DNA from: Escherichia coli
GTDB taxonomy: Bacteria > Pseudomonadota > Gammaproteobacteria > Enterobacterales > Enterobacteriaceae
DNA: 64,000 bases
Assembly: GCF_050920415.1 (NCBI RefSeq)
Contig: NZ_CP169309.1
Reading direction: 5' to 3' (one strand)
Shown here: in pieces, positions 11,670 to 24,871 of the stretch
How the letters are laid out: each line of letters opens with the position of its first letter
Position numbering within the stretch: the stretch's first letter is position 1
Position numbers and translations under genes: made by a program
The notes under the pieces: generated by a model
Databases searched by the model: none
What the model was told of the DNA's origin: nothing
What the model saw: only the letters and a program-made list of their open reading frames with translations

Positions 11670-12347
11670 TTAGTGGCGAGCGCGCACCAGCTGATACTTA
11701 CGTGTCAGATACTCCACCGGGACACTCCAGATGTGCACCAAACGCGAGAACGGGAACAGCAGGAATAACGTCATCCCCAACACCAGGTGCAGACGGAAGA
11801 TAAACGCCACACCATCAAGGTGTTGAGAAGCGCCACCGTGGAAGGTCACCACCGACTGCGCCCAGCCAACCAGTTTCATCATCTCGCTACCGTCCATATG
11901 TTGGGCAGAAAATGGAATAGTCAGCAGACCCAACGCGCACTGGATAACGAGCAGCGACAGGATCAGGATGTCCGCCCCGGTAGTCGTTGCACGCACACGC
12001 GGGCTGAACAGGCGGCGTTTCAGCAACAGCACGCCGCCAATCAGACACAGCACGCCGCTGGCACCACCAGCAATCATCGCCATTTTCTGTTTCACTTCAA
12101 TTGGCAACCACGCTTCATACATCCAGTGCGGCGTCAGCATACCGAAGAAGTGGCCGACAAAAATCCCCAGAATTCCGATATGGAACAGGTTCGACGCCAG
12201 GTTCATCCCTTTGCGATCCAGCATCTGGCTGGATGCCGCGCGCCAGGTGTACTGCCCGTAGTCATAGCGCAGCCAGCTACCAATCAGGAAGACGGCCCCG
12301 GCTATGTACGGGTAGATATCAAAGAAGAACATATTCAGGAATTGCAT
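11670..12347 (-). CDS. narI: Respiratory nitrate reductase gamma subunit (heme b)
   Basis: 225-aa polytopic membrane [38 protein letters not shown]...; last gene of narGHJI. Confidence 0.95.
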   Translation of the reverse strand: MQFLNMFFFDIYPYIAGAVFLIGSWLRYDYGQYTWRAASSQMLDRKGMNLASNLFHIGILGIFVGHFFGMLTPHWMYEAWLPIEVKQKMAMIAGGASGVLCLIGGVLLLKRRLFSPRVRATTTGADILILSLLVIQCALGLLTIPFSAQHMDGSEMMKLVGWAQSVVTFHGGASQHLDGVAFIFRLHLVLGMTLFLLFPFSRLVHIWSVPVEYLTRKYQLVRARH

Positions 12348-13057
12348 TAGTGCTGTCCTCCGGTGGTGATATTCAGATATTGCGGCGCGACGGCACCGGC
12401 AAAGCGACGCTGATGAGCAGTGATTGCTGAATCACCGCAACCTTTGTCAGCAAAGAACTTAACCTGCTCTTCTTCCCAGACAGCATCCAGCGCCTGTGGC
12501 GTATCGTCGCGCGCTTCGTCGGCAATTTTTTCCGCCACTTTGTCGCTGTCGATAGCGGTATTCGCCAGTTTCAGCAGCAGATCAAACAGCACGGCATAAC
12601 GGCTTTCACGCTGTTGCAGACGCGCGCTCAGCAACGCCAGAATCGGCGCGATATCTTTCAAACCTTCCACAGCTTCGCTTTGCGGCAGCTGCGCCAGATA
12701 CTCCAGATACAGCGGCAGATGATCCGGTAATTCACGACTGTTCAATTGCAAACCGTGCTGCTCATACTGTGCCAACAAGTCAACCATTGCCTGGCCGCGA
12801 TCGCGGGATTCACCGTGAACATGCTCAAACAGCAGCAACGACGTGGCGCGACCACGGTCGAACAGTTCGCTGTACTGGGCCTGAGCATCCAGCGGATCCA
12901 GCGCTGTTAAATCGCGCAGGAAAATGCCCAGCGCATGGGCATCCTCTTTCGACAGATTTTCCGACGCAGCAATCGCCTCAAACATCTCTTGTTGATGCTG
13001 CCATAAGGCAGCATCCGGATATTCAAGGAGACGCGATACAATCACGAGTTCGATCAT
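12347..13057 (-). CDS. narJ: Nitrate reductase molybdenum cofactor assembly chaperone
   Basis: 236-aa [35 protein letters not shown]...; overlaps narI start and narH stop. Confidence 0.95.
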   Translation of the reverse strand: MIELVIVSRLLEYPDAALWQHQQEMFEAIAASENLSKEDAHALGIFLRDLTALDPLDAQAQYSELFDRGRATSLLLFEHVHGESRDRGQAMVDLLAQYEQHGLQLNSRELPDHLPLYLEYLAQLPQSEAVEGLKDIAPILALLSARLQQRESRYAVLFDLLLKLANTAIDSDKVAEKIADEARDDTPQALDAVWEEEQVKFFADKGCGDSAITAHQRRFAGAVAPQYLNITTGGQH

Positions 13058-14592
13058 GGGTGCGGCTCCGTTTTACTGGTCACGTCGATGGCATCGATAC
13101 GGCGGCTGTTGAACAGATTGAATTTGGTATCTGAACCGTGGCAGCCGTCACCAAAGGTAAAGCCACAGCCATTTTTCTCCGGGAAGGCTTCCCGCGCCAG
13201 TTCACGGTGACTGCTCGGCACCACAAAGCGATCTTCGTAGTTGGCAATTGCCAGATAACGGTACATCTCCTGTGCCTGAGCTTCGGTCAGACCGACCTCT
13301 TCCAGCGCACGGGTATCAACTTTACCGTCAACGGTTTCAGCACGTTTGTAATGACGCATCGCCAGCATACGTTTCAGCGCGCGCAGTACCGGTTTGGTAT
13401 CACCGGCGGTCAGCAGATTCGCCAGATACTGTACCGGGATACGCAGGCTTTCGACGTCTGGCAAAATACCGTTGCTGCCCAGCTCGCCCGCATCTGCCGC
13501 AGACTGAATCGGCGACAGAGGTGGCACATACCAGACCATCGGCAGCGTGCGATATTCCGGATGCAGCGGCAGCGCCAGTTTCCATTCCATCGCCATTTTA
13601 TAAACCGGCGACTGCTGTGCGGCTTCAATAACGCTCAGCGGAATACCATCTTTAATCGCCTGCTCGATGACGTTCGGATCATTCGGATCGAGGAACACGT
13701 CCAGCTGACGCTGGTAGAGATCTTTCTCGTTCTCGGTGCTGGCTGCACGTTCAATCGCGTCGGCATCGTACAGCAGCACGCCAAGATAACGGATACGACC
13801 GACACAGGTTTCAGAGCACACCGTCGGCTGACCGGCTTCAATACGCGGATAGCAGAAGATGCACTTCTCAGACTTACCGCTCTTCCAGTTGAAGTAGATT
13901 TTTTTGTACGGGCATCCGGTGATGCACATACGCCAGCCGCGGCATTTGTCCTGGTCGATCAGGACGATGCCATCTTCTTCACGCTTGTAAATCGCACCGC
14001 TCGGGCAGGTCGCCACACATGCCGGGTTCAGGCAGTGTTCGCACAGGCGTGGCAAATACATCATGAAGGTGTTTTCGAACTGGCTATACATCGCCTTCTG
14101 GATGTTGTCGAAGTTCTTGTCTTTCGCCAGTTTGTCAAACTCGCCGCCCAGGTCATCTTCCCAGTTCGGTCCTTTTTCGATTTTCGCCATCCGTTCGCCG
14201 GTAATCAGCGAACGTGGACGGGCAATCGGCTGCGATTTGCTGCCTTCCGGCGCGGTATGCAGGTTCTGATAGTCAAAATCGAACGGCTCGTAATAATCGT
14301 CGATCCCCGGCAGATGCGGGTTAGCGAAGATTTTACCCAGCAGCATGGCGCGGTTACCCATGCGCGGTTGCAGTTTGCCGTTGATTTTTCGGATCCAGCC
14401 GCCTTTGTATTTTTCCTGGTTTTCCCAGTCTGTCGGGAAGCCCTGGCCCGGCTTGGTTTCCACGTTGTTGAACCACGCGTATTCCACGCCTTCACGGCTG
14501 GTCCAGACGTTTTTACAGGTCACTGAACAGGTGTGGCAACCGATGCACTTATCCAGATTCAGCACCATGCCGACTTGTGAACGAATTTTCAT
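13054..14592 (-). CDS. narH: Respiratory nitrate reductase beta subunit (Fe-S)
   Basis: 512-aa ORF with multiple ferredoxin-type Cys clusters (CIGCHTCSVTC, CEHCLNPACVATC). Confidence 0.96.
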   Translation of the reverse strand: MKIRSQVGMVLNLDKCIGCHTCSVTCKNVWTSREGVEYAWFNNVETKPGQGFPTDWENQEKYKGGWIRKINGKLQPRMGNRAMLLGKIFANPHLPGIDDYYEPFDFDYQNLHTAPEGSKSQPIARPRSLITGERMAKIEKGPNWEDDLGGEFDKLAKDKNFDNIQKAMYSQFENTFMMYLPRLCEHCLNPACVATCPSGAIYKREEDGIVLIDQDKCRGWRMCITGCPYKKIYFNWKSGKSEKCIFCYPRIEAGQPTVCSETCVGRIRYLGVLLYDADAIERAASTENEKDLYQRQLDVFLDPNDPNVIEQAIKDGIPLSVIEAAQQSPVYKMAMEWKLALPLHPEYRTLPMVWYVPPLSPIQSAADAGELGSNGILPDVESLRIPVQYLANLLTAGDTKPVLRALKRMLAMRHYKRAETVDGKVDTRALEEVGLTEAQAQEMYRYLAIANYEDRFVVPSSHRELAREAFPEKNGCGFTFGDGCHGSDTKFNLFNSRRIDAIDVTSKTEPHP

Positions 14593-17500
14593 TTTACGCT
14601 CTCCTGTACCTGGTCATTGCCTTCGCCATCTAACCAGTCAATGTTCTTCATCTTACGCACTACAACAAATTCATCGCGGTTAGAACCTACAGTGCCGTAG
14701 TAGTTAAAGCCGTATGCCAGATGGGCATAGCCGCCGATCATATGCGTCGGTTTCGGCGTGATACGGGTGACCGAGTTATGAATACCACCGCGCTGGCTGG
14801 TGATTTCTGAACCCGGCAGGTTAACGATACGTTCCTGCGCGTGGTACATCATGGTCATCCCTGCCGGAACACGCTGGCTGACAACCGCACGGGCAGTCAA
14901 TGCACCGTTGCTGTTGAAGACTTCAATCCAGTCGTTGTCGGCGATACCCAGCTCTTTGGCATCGGCTTCACTCAACCAGACCACCGGACCACCGCGACCT
15001 AAAGTCAGCATCAGCAGGTTGTCGCTGTAGGTGGAGTGGATACCCCACTTCTGGTGCGGTGTCAGGAAGTTGAGCGCTTTTTCCGGATTACCGTTAGATT
15101 TCTGGCCCATCACTTCTTTCACTGAACGGGTGTCGATCGGCGGACGATAAACCAGCAGGCTTTCACCGAAATCACGCATCCACTGATGATCCTGATACAG
15201 CTGCTGACGGCCAGAGAGCGTACGCCACGGGATCAGCTCGTGAACGTTGGTGTAACCGGCGTTGTAAGAAACATGTTCATCTTCAAGGCCAGACCAGGTC
15301 GGGCTGGAGATGATTTTGCGCGGCTGTGCCTGGATATCGCGGAAGCGGATCTTCTCGTCTTCTTTATTCAGCGCCAGATGCGTATGGTCACGACCGGTAA
15401 ACTCGCTCAGGGCAGCCCAGGCTTTCACGGCTACCTGACCATTGGTTTCCGGTGCCAGCGTCAGGATCATCTCTGCCGCATCAATTGCGGTGTTCAGCAT
15501 CGGCTGGCCTTTTGCCGGACCTTCCGCTTTGGTGTAGTTGAGCTTACGCAGCAGATCCATCTCGCTCTGGGTGTTCCAGGCAATCCCTTTACCGCCGTTA
15601 CCGATTTTCTCCATCAGCGGACCGATAGAGGTAAAGCGTTCGTAAGTTGCCGGATAATCGCGCTCTACGACCATAATGTGCGGTGCAGTTTTACCTGGGA
15701 TCAGGTCGCATTCGCCTTTTTTCCAGTCTTTCACATCCAGCGGCTGCGCCAGTTCAGCGGCAGAGTCGTGCTGGATCGGCAGCGTAACGATGTCGGTTTC
15801 TTTGCCCAGATGACCAACGCACACTTCGGAGAATTTCTTCGCGATGGCTTTGTAGATTTCCCAGTCGCTTTTCGCTTCCCAGGCCGGATCGACCGCCGCA
15901 GACAGCGGGTGAATAAACGGATGCATATCCGAAGTATTCATGTCGTCTTTTTCGTACCAGGTCGCCGTCGGCAAAATGATGTCGGAATAGAGACAGGTGC
16001 TCGACAGACGGAAGTCCAGCGTCACCACCAGATCCAGCTTGCCTTCCAGACCGTTGTCCTGCCAGTCCACTTCTTCCGGCTTCACGCCGCCCTGCTGACC
16101 CAGGTCTTTACCCTGGATACCGTGCTCCGTCCCCAGCAGGTACTTGAGCATAAACTCATGACCTTTACCGGAAGAACCGAGCAGGTTAGAACGCCAGATG
16201 AACAGGTTACGCGGGTGGTTTTTACCGTTTTCTGGTTGTTCTGCCGCAAAACGGATAGAACCCTCTTTCAGGGATTTCACGGTGTAATCCACCGGATTCA
16301 TGCCCGCTTTTTCCGCTTCGCGAGCGATAGTTAGCGGGTTAGTGCCTAACTGCGGCGCAGACGGCAGCCAGCCCATGCGTTCTGCACGGACGTTGAAGTC
16401 GATCAGATGTCCGGTATAGCGGGATTTATCCGCCATCGGCGACAGCAACTCTTCTGCGGTCACAGTTTCATAACGCCACTGGCTGGAGTGGTTATAGAAA
16501 TAAGAGGTGCTGTTCATGTGACGCGCCGGACGCTGCCAGTCAAGAGCAAACGCCAGCGGCTGCCAGCCGGTTTGCGGACGCAGTTTTTCCTGACCTACAT
16601 AGTGCGCCCAGCCGCCACCGCTCTGACCTACACAGCCGCAGAAAATCAGCATGTTGATCAGACCACGATAGTTCATATCGAGGTGATACCAGTGGTTCAG
16701 CCCCGCACCGACGATAATCATCGAACGACCGTGCGTCTTGTCAGCGTTGTCAGCAAATTCACGGGCAATGCGGATAATCTGGCTGCGAGAAACGCCAGTG
16801 ATCTGCTCGGCCCATGCCGGGGTGTAAGCTTTCACGTCGTCATAGCTGGTTGCGCAGTTAACGTCGTTCAGGCCACGTTCCAGACCGTAGTTTGCCAGCG
16901 TCAGATCATAAACGGTGGTCACCAGAGCAGTGCTGCCATCAGCCAGTTGCAGACGTTTTACCGGCAGCTTGTGCAGCAGCACATTTTCCAGCTCCACTTT
17001 ATTGAAGTGTTCCGTGCCGTCGCCACCAAAGTACGGGAAGCCCACTTCAGCGATCTCATCCTGGCTACCCAGCAGGCTCAGTTGTAGCTCAGTTTCTTCG
17101 CCGGTTTTGCCGTCGCGCTGCTCAAGATTCCATTTGCCCTTCTCGCCCCAGCGGAAGCCAATAGAACCGTTCGGTGCAACCATTTCGCCATTGGTATTGA
17201 AGGCGACTGTTTTCCATTCCGGATTGTTTTCCTGGCCCAGCGCATCCACCAGATCGGCAGCGCGCAGCATACGACCCGCAGCGTAGTAACCGTCGCGCTC
17301 TTCCAGCATCACCAGCATTGGCATGTCGGTATAACGACGCACATAGTCGGTGAAATACTGGCTTGGGTTGTCGAGGTGGAATTCACGCAGCATCACGTGG
17401 CCCATCGCCAGCGCCATTGCTGCGTCGGTGCCCTGTTTCGGTGCCAGCCACAGATCGCACAGTTTGGCGATTTCAGCGTAGTCCGGCGTGACGGCAACGG

Positions 17501-18332
17501 TTTTGGTGCCTTTGTAGCGCACTTCAGTAAAGAAGTGAGCATCCGGAGTACGCGTCTGCGGCACGTTTGACCCCCAGGCGATGATGTAGCTGGAGTTGTA
17601 CCAGTCAGCAGATTCCGGTACGTCAGTTTGCTCGCCCCAGGTTTGTGGAGACGCAGGAGGCAGGTCGCAGTACCAGTCGTAGAAGCTTAAGCAAGTACCG
17701 CCAATCAGCGAAAGATAGCGAGCACCCGATGCGTAAGAAACCATCGACATTGCCGGAATTGGCGAGAAGCCAGCGACGCGGTCCGGGCCGTAGTTTTTGA
17801 TGGTGTAAACGTTAGAGGCAGCGATCAGTTCGTTCACTTCCTGCCAGGAAGAACGAACAAAACCACCACGTCCACGCGCTTGTTTAAAGCTTTTCGCTTT
17901 ATCGGCGTCTTCAATGATAGAAGCCCATGCCTCAACCGGATCGCTATGCTGCGCCTTCGCTTCACGCCACATTTTCATCAGGCGTTTGCGCATCATCGGA
18001 TATTTCAGACGGTTGGCGCTATAGAGATACCAGGAGTAGCTGGCACCGCGCGGGCAGCCGCGAGGTTCATGGTTTGGCAGATCCGGACGGGTACGCGGAT
18101 AGTCAGTTTGCTGGGTTTCCCAAGTCACCAGACCGTTTTTAACGTAGATTTTCCAGCTGCAGGAGCCGGTGCAGTTTACCCCATGGGTAGAGCGGACGAT
18201 TTTGTCATGCTGCCAACGCTGGCGATATCCATCCTCCCAGTCACGGTTGGTATTGAGAAGCTGGCCATGCCCATCGGCAAAGGTTTCGCCCTTCTGTTTG
18301 AAGTAGCGAAACCGGTCCAGGAATTTACTCAT
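14589..18332 (-). CDS. narG: Respiratory nitrate reductase alpha subunit (Mo-bisMGD)
   Basis: 1247-aa ORF MSKFLDRFRYFKQKGETFADGHGQ...; N-terminal HGVNCTGSCSW Fe-S motif. Confidence 0.97.
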   Translation of the reverse strand: MSKFLDRFRYFKQKGETFADGHGQLLNTNRDWEDGYRQRWQHDKIVRSTHGVNCTGSCSWKIYVKNGLVTWETQQTDYPRTRPDLPNHEPRGCPRGASYSWYLYSANRLKYPMMRKRLMKMWREAKAQHSDPVEAWASIIEDADKAKSFKQARGRGGFVRSSWQEVNELIAASNVYTIKNYGPDRVAGFSPIPAMSMVSYASGARYLSLIGGTCLSFYDWYCDLPPASPQTWGEQTDVPESADWYNSSYIIAWGSNVPQTRTPDAHFFTEVRYKGTKTVAVTPDYAEIAKLCDLWLAPKQGTDAAMALAMGHVMLREFHLDNPSQYFTDYVRRYTDMPMLVMLEERDGYYAAGRMLRAADLVDALGQENNPEWKTVAFNTNGEMVAPNGSIGFRWGEKGKWNLEQRDGKTGEETELQLSLLGSQDEIAEVGFPYFGGDGTEHFNKVELENVLLHKLPVKRLQLADGSTALVTTVYDLTLANYGLERGLNDVNCATSYDDVKAYTPAWAEQITGVSRSQIIRIAREFADNADKTHGRSMIIVGAGLNHWYHLDMNYRGLINMLIFCGCVGQSGGGWAHYVGQEKLRPQTGWQPLAFALDWQRPARHMNSTSYFYNHSSQWRYETVTAEELLSPMADKSRYTGHLIDFNVRAERMGWLPSAPQLGTNPLTIAREAEKAGMNPVDYTVKSLKEGSIRFAAEQPENGKNHPRNLFIWRSNLLGSSGKGHEFMLKYLLGTEHGIQGKDLGQQGGVKPEEVDWQDNGLEGKLDLVVTLDFRLSSTCLYSDIILPTATWYEKDDMNTSDMHPFIHPLSAAVDPAWEAKSDWEIYKAIAKKFSEVCVGHLGKETDIVTLPIQHDSAAELAQPLDVKDWKKGECDLIPGKTAPHIMVVERDYPATYERFTSIGPLMEKIGNGGKGIAWNTQSEMDLLRKLNYTKAEGPAKGQPMLNTAIDAAEMILTLAPETNGQVAVKAWAALSEFTGRDHTHLALNKEDEKIRFRDIQAQPRKIISSPTWSGLEDEHVSYNAGYTNVHELIPWRTLSGRQQLYQDHQWMRDFGESLLVYRPPIDTRSVKEVMGQKSNGNPEKALNFLTPHQKWGIHSTYSDNLLMLTLGRGGPVVWLSEADAKELGIADNDWIEVFNSNGALTARAVVSQRVPAGMTMMYHAQERIVNLPGSEITSQRGGIHNSVTRITPKPTHMIGGYAHLAYGFNYYGTVGSNRDEFVVVRKMKNIDWLDGEGNDQVQESVK

Positions 18333-18423
18333 CGGTTTTCTCCTGTGGGAGCCTGTCGGCTCTCTGATAAATCGACATTGCTAATGTTTAAGGGCAAGGT
18401 AACGCTCTGAAACAGCGTGGGAA

Positions 18424-18481
18424 TTGATAACGATCAAGAGTGATGGGGATGAAAAATAAAGTAAATTCCTAAGATACCCCT
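18424..18481 (-). promoter_or_regulatory. narG promoter elements: FNR box TTGATAACGATCAA (18424-18437) and NarL heptamer TACCCCT (18475-18481)
   Basis: Perfect TTGAT-N4-ATCAA palindrome about 90 bp upstream of the narG start; TACCCCT heptamer further upstream. Confidence 0.7.
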
Positions 18482-18724
18482 TTAGGATAATTAACAGTTA
18501 CATCATAAAATACTGTAAATTAAGGCATTTTATACCTGTAGTTATTTAAACTATTAAGAATTTTATGCAGATGGGTATTAAGGAGTATTCCCCATGGGTA
18601 ACATATTAATGGCTCTTAATGAAATCCGGCGAAATAAGCCATATAACATTAGTATGTTGTAACTAAATGATGCATAAAAAAAGCGCGACATCATGCCGCG
18701 CAAAGGATAATCAAATATTAAGAT

Positions 18725-20116
18725 TTATTTTTTAGAATGCCGACCATATACCGCCCAGGTAATCACTACGCAGGCGATATAGAAAATCAAAAATACTTTC
18801 ATTGCGCCGACTGGCGAACCCGTTAATGCCAGCGAGCTACCGAACGCTTTCGGGATAAAGAAGCCACCAATCGCGCCAATCGCAGAGATGAAACCCAGCG
18901 CCGCCGCCGTGTCGGTTGCCGCTTCACGCATCGCACGTTCGTCAGAACCCCCTTCTGCTTTCACGCGATCCATTGTCAGTTTACGGAAGATCACGGAAAT
19001 CATCTGGAAAGTGGAACCACTACCCAGCCCAGCTGTCAGGAACAGCGCCAGGAAGACTGCGAAGAACGCCATGAAGCTTCCGCCCTGTCCGTCAGTCGGT
19101 AAGGTCAGGAACAGCAGGCCGCTGAAAATCGCCATCAGGATAAAGTTCACCAGTGTGACACGAGTTCCGCCCAGACGGTCAGATAATGCACCACCTGCAG
19201 AACGCGCCAGCGCACCAATAAACGGCCCGAAGAAAGCGTATTGCAGAATCTGAACATCCGGGAACTGCGTTTTTGACAGCATCGCAAAGCCCGCGGAGAA
19301 GCCGATGAAGGAGCCGAAGGTTGCCAGATACAGCAGGCTCATAATCCACAGATGACCCCGTTTGAGTACCGGCAACTGCTCCTTGATGGAGGCTTTCGAG
19401 GTAGCAAGATCGTTCATGCCAAACCACGCCGCAATGGTGAAGATGGCAAGGAACGGCACCCATACCCAGGACGCATTCGCCAGATACAGCTCAGTCCCAT
19501 CCGGCTGTTTGACACCCTGGCTACCAAATACTGCGAAAATCGACAGTGATACCACCAGCGGAGCAACCAACTGCATGACGCTGACGCCCATGTTGCCCAG
19601 ACCACCATTCAGACCCAGCGCGCCACCCTGCTTCTGTTTCGGAAAGAAGAAGCTGATGTTTGCCATACTGGATGCGAAGTTCGCGCCAGCAAAGCCGCAC
19701 AGCAGAGAGATGATGATGAAGACGCTATAAGGCGTGGAGGTATCCTGCACGGCAAAACCCAGCCAGACGCAAGGAATAATCAGAATACCGGTGCTGAACG
19801 CCGTCCAGCGACGACCACCGAAGATAGGAACCATAAAGGAGTATGGAACACGTAACAACGCGCCAGAAACCGAAGGCAGCGCCGTCAACATAAATAGCTG
19901 ATCGGTCGTAAAATTAAAACCGACTTTCGGTAAGTTCACCGCAACAGCACTGAATAACATCCATACGCAAAACGCCAGCAGCAGACAGGGAACGGAAATC
20001 CACAGGTTGCGGCTGGCAATACGTTGACCGCGTTGTTGCCAGAACGCAGGATCTTCCGGTCGCCAATCTGTAATGACAGCTCCAGTAGCCCTTTCGGGGG
20101 CGGATGAGTGACTCAT
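18725..20116 (-). CDS. narK: Nitrate/nitrite antiporter NarK (MFS)
   Basis: Start taken at ATG 20116 (MSHSSAPERATGAVITDWRPEDPAFW...), 463 aa; the track ORF begins two codons upstream at GTG. 12-TM MFS protein. Confidence 0.93.
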   Translation of the reverse strand: MSHSSAPERATGAVITDWRPEDPAFWQQRGQRIASRNLWISVPCLLLAFCVWMLFSAVAVNLPKVGFNFTTDQLFMLTALPSVSGALLRVPYSFMVPIFGGRRWTAFSTGILIIPCVWLGFAVQDTSTPYSVFIIISLLCGFAGANFASSMANISFFFPKQKQGGALGLNGGLGNMGVSVMQLVAPLVVSLSIFAVFGSQGVKQPDGTELYLANASWVWVPFLAIFTIAAWFGMNDLATSKASIKEQLPVLKRGHLWIMSLLYLATFGSFIGFSAGFAMLSKTQFPDVQILQYAFFGPFIGALARSAGGALSDRLGGTRVTLVNFILMAIFSGLLFLTLPTDGQGGSFMAFFAVFLALFLTAGLGSGSTFQMISVIFRKLTMDRVKAEGGSDERAMREAATDTAAALGFISAIGAIGGFFIPKAFGSSLALTGSPVGAMKVFLIFYIACVVITWAVYGRHSKK

Positions 20117-20175
20117 AGACACCTCTGATACTCGTTTCGATGTCTGCCACCTTAGTGTCTGTAGCTAAAGGCAAT

Positions 20176-20227
20176 TTGATGTAAATCAAACGATAAGATA
20201 ACTTTATCTATCATTGATATTTATCAT
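20176..20227 (-). promoter_or_regulatory. narK promoter: two FNR boxes (TTGATGTAAATCAA 20176-20189; TTGATATTTATCAT 20214-20227)
   Basis: Two TTGAT-N4-ATCA(A/T) sites in the narK-narX divergent region, consistent with FNR-activated narK. Confidence 0.65.
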
Positions 20228-20454
20228 TACCCATAGTGAGTACAGTGATTTCATAAAAATTATGAGATTTTTCACGGTGCTGTAAAATCCCTACCCTTAC
20301 CGATGTAAAGCGACTAACCACGTGGCAAATAAGGAGTAACTCTTTCCGGGTATGGGTATACTTCAGCCAATAGCCGAGAATACTGCCATTCCAGAATGTA
20401 TCGTCACATTCATTAAGGTTATTGCTCATTTAAAGCCTGAAGGAAGAGGTTTGC

Positions 20455-22251
20455 ATGCTTAAACGTTGTCTCTCTCCGCTCACCCTGGTTAATCAGGTTG
20501 CGCTTATTGTGTTGCTTTCTACTGCTATTGGACTGGCGGGGATGGCGGTTTCTGGCTGGCTGGTACAAGGCGTTCAGGGCAGCGCCCATGCGATCAACAA
20601 AGCGGGATCGCTGCGCATGCAAAGTTACCGTCTGTTGGCGGCAGTGCCATTAAGCGAGAAAGACAAGCCCTTAATTAAAGAGATGGAACAAACGGCATTT
20701 AGCGCCGAGTTAACCCGAGCAGCAGAACGAGACGGACAACTGGCGCAACTACAGGGTTTACAAGATTACTGGCGTAATGAACTGATCCCTGCGCTGCTGC
20801 GTGCACAAAACCGCAAAACGGTGTCAGCGGATGTCAGCCAGTTTGTTGCCGGGCTTGATCAACTGGTATCTGGTTTTGACCGCACCACGGAAATGCGCAT
20901 TGAGACAGTGGTGCTGGTCCATCGGGTAATGGCGGTATTTATGGCACTTTTACTGGTGTTCACTATTATCTGGTTGCGGGCGCGACTGCTACAACCGTGG
21001 CGGCAGTTGTTGGCAATGGCGAGTGCCGTCAGCCATCGCGATTTTACCCAACGCGCGAACATCAGCGGGCGCAACGAAATGGCTATGCTTGGAACTGCGT
21101 TGAACAATATGTCTGCAGAACTGGCGGAAAGTTACGCCGTACTTGAGCAGCGGGTTCAGGAGAAAACCGCCGGGCTGGAACATAAAAATCAGATCCTCTC
21201 TTTTTTATGGCAGGCCAACCGCCGTTTGCATTCCCGCGCCCCGCTGTGTGAACGCCTGTCACCTGTACTCAACGGCTTACAGAATTTAACCCTGCTACGT
21301 GATATCGAACTGCGGGTGTATGACACTGATGATGAAGAGAATCATCAGGAGTTTACCTGCCAGCCAGATATGACCTGCGATGATAAAGGCTGTCAGCTCT
21401 GCCCGCGCGGTGTACTCCCCGTTGGCGATCGCGGCACAACCCTGAAGTGGCGGCTGGCTGACTCTCATACGCAGTACGGTATTTTGCTGGCAACCCTGCC
21501 GCAGGGGCGTCATCTTAGTCATGATCAACAACAACTGGTGGATACCCTGGTTGAACAACTCACCGCCACGCTTGCGCTGGATCGCCATCAGGAACGTCAG
21601 CAACAGTTGATCGTGATGGAAGAGCGTGCCACCATTGCGCGCGAACTGCATGATTCTATTGCCCAATCTCTCTCTTGCATGAAGATGCAGGTGAGTTGTT
21701 TACAGATGCAGGGCGATGCGCTGCCAGAAAGCAGCCGCGAACTGTTAAGTCAGATCCGTAACGAACTGAATGCATCCTGGGCGCAGTTGCGTGAATTGCT
21801 CACCACATTCCGCTTGCAGCTCACCGAGCCTGGATTACGTCCGGCACTGGAAGCGAGTTGCGAAGAATACAGCGCCAAATTTGGCTTCCCGGTGAAGCTG
21901 GATTATCAATTGCCGCCTCGTCTGGTGCCTTCGCATCAGGCAATCCATCTGTTGCAAATTGCCCGTGAGGCATTAAGTAACGCCCTCAAACATTCGCAAG
22001 CGAGTGAGGTCGTGGTGACAGTGGCGCAAAACGATAATCAGGTCAAACTGACCGTCCAGGATAACGGCTGCGGCGTGCCTGAAAATGCCATCCGCAGCAA
22101 TCACTACGGCATGATAATAATGCGCGACCGTGCGCAAAGTTTACGAGGCGATTGCCGCGTCCGCCGTCGTGAATCAGGTGGCACCGAAGTGGTGGTCACC
22201 TTTATTCCCGAAAAAACTTTCACAGACGTCCAAGGAGATACCCATGAGTAA
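20455..22251 (+). CDS. narX: Nitrate/nitrite sensor histidine kinase NarX
   Basis: 598-aa ORF with two TM segments, HAMP, H-box ELHDSIAQ and ATPase domain. Confidence 0.96.
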
Positions 22252-22894
22252 TCAGGAACCGGCTACTATCCTGCTGATCGACGATCACCCGATGCTGCGA
22301 ACTGGCGTAAAACAGCTTATCAGTATGGCACCAGATATCACCGTGGTTGGCGAAGCGAGTAATGGCGAACAGGGTATTGAACTGGCGGAGTCTCTTGATC
22401 CCGATTTGATCTTGTTAGATCTCAATATGCCCGGCATGAACGGTCTGGAAACGCTGGATAAACTGCGCGAAAAGTCCCTCTCCGGGCGCATTGTGGTATT
22501 CAGCGTCTCTAACCATGAAGAAGATGTGGTCACCGCACTGAAACGCGGCGCGGATGGCTATCTGTTAAAAGATATGGAACCGGAAGATCTGCTGAAAGCA
22601 TTGCATCAGGCTGCTGCTGGCGAAATGGTATTAAGCGAAGCATTAACGCCTGTTCTGGCCGCCAGCTTGCGCGCTAACCGTGCCACTACTGAACGCGATG
22701 TTAACCAGTTAACCCCACGCGAGCGCGACATTCTCAAGCTGATTGCCCAGGGTTTGCCAAACAAGATGATTGCCCGCCGCCTGGATATCACCGAAAGCAC
22801 AGTAAAAGTGCACGTCAAGCACATGCTGAAGAAAATGAAGCTCAAGTCTCGCGTGGAAGCAGCAGTATGGGTGCATCAGGAGCGCATTTTCTGA
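22244..22894 (+). CDS. narL: Nitrate/nitrite response regulator NarL
   Basis: 216 aa starting [22 protein letters not shown]...; overlaps the narX stop by 8 nt; receiver plus LuxR-type HTH. Confidence 0.96.
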
Positions 22895-24352
<1,458 letters not shown>

Positions 24353-24353
24353 A

Positions 24354-24441
<88 letters not shown>

Positions 24442-24474
24442 AAGTGTCTAATTCCCTGAATACAGGAGTAAATA

Positions 24475-24828
24475 ATGCAAAAAATCGTGATCGTTGCCAA
24501 TGGCGCACCTTACGGGAGCGAATCCTTGTTTAACAGCTTACGGCTGGCCATTGCGCTACGAGAGCAGGAGAGCAACCTGGATCTGCGCTTGTTCCTGATG
24601 TCTGATGCGGTCACAGCCGGGTTGCGCGGGCAAAAACCAGGGGAAGGCTACAACATTCAGCAAATGCTGGAGATCCTTACCGCTCAGAATGTACCGGTGA
24701 AATTGTGCAAAACCTGTACCGACGGGCGCGGGATTAGTACACTTCCTCTGATTGATGGGGTGGAAATCGGTACTCTTGTGGAACTGGCGCAATGGACGCT
24801 GTCAGCCGATAAAGTGCTCACATTTTAA
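24475..24828 (+). CDS. ychN: DsrE/DsrF-like protein YchN
   Basis: 117-aa ORF MQKIVIVANGAPYGSESLFNSLRLAIAL... Confidence 0.9.
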   Translation: MQKIVIVANGAPYGSESLFNSLRLAIALREQESNLDLRLFLMSDAVTAGLRGQKPGEGYNIQQMLEILTAQNVPVKLCKTCTDGRGISTLPLIDGVEIGTLVELAQWTLSADKVLTF

Positions 24829-24871
24829 TGTTTGAGGGGGCGTCTGACGCCCCACTATGAGGGAAGTTTAC

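Noticed and set aside
13138-14526. 462-codon plus-strand ORF inside narH (and similar 382-codon ORF at 15186-16334 and 226-codon ORF at 16407-17087 inside narG)
   Set aside because: Antisense shadow ORFs within GC-rich nar coding sequence; translations are Arg/His/Phe-rich with no recognisable domains
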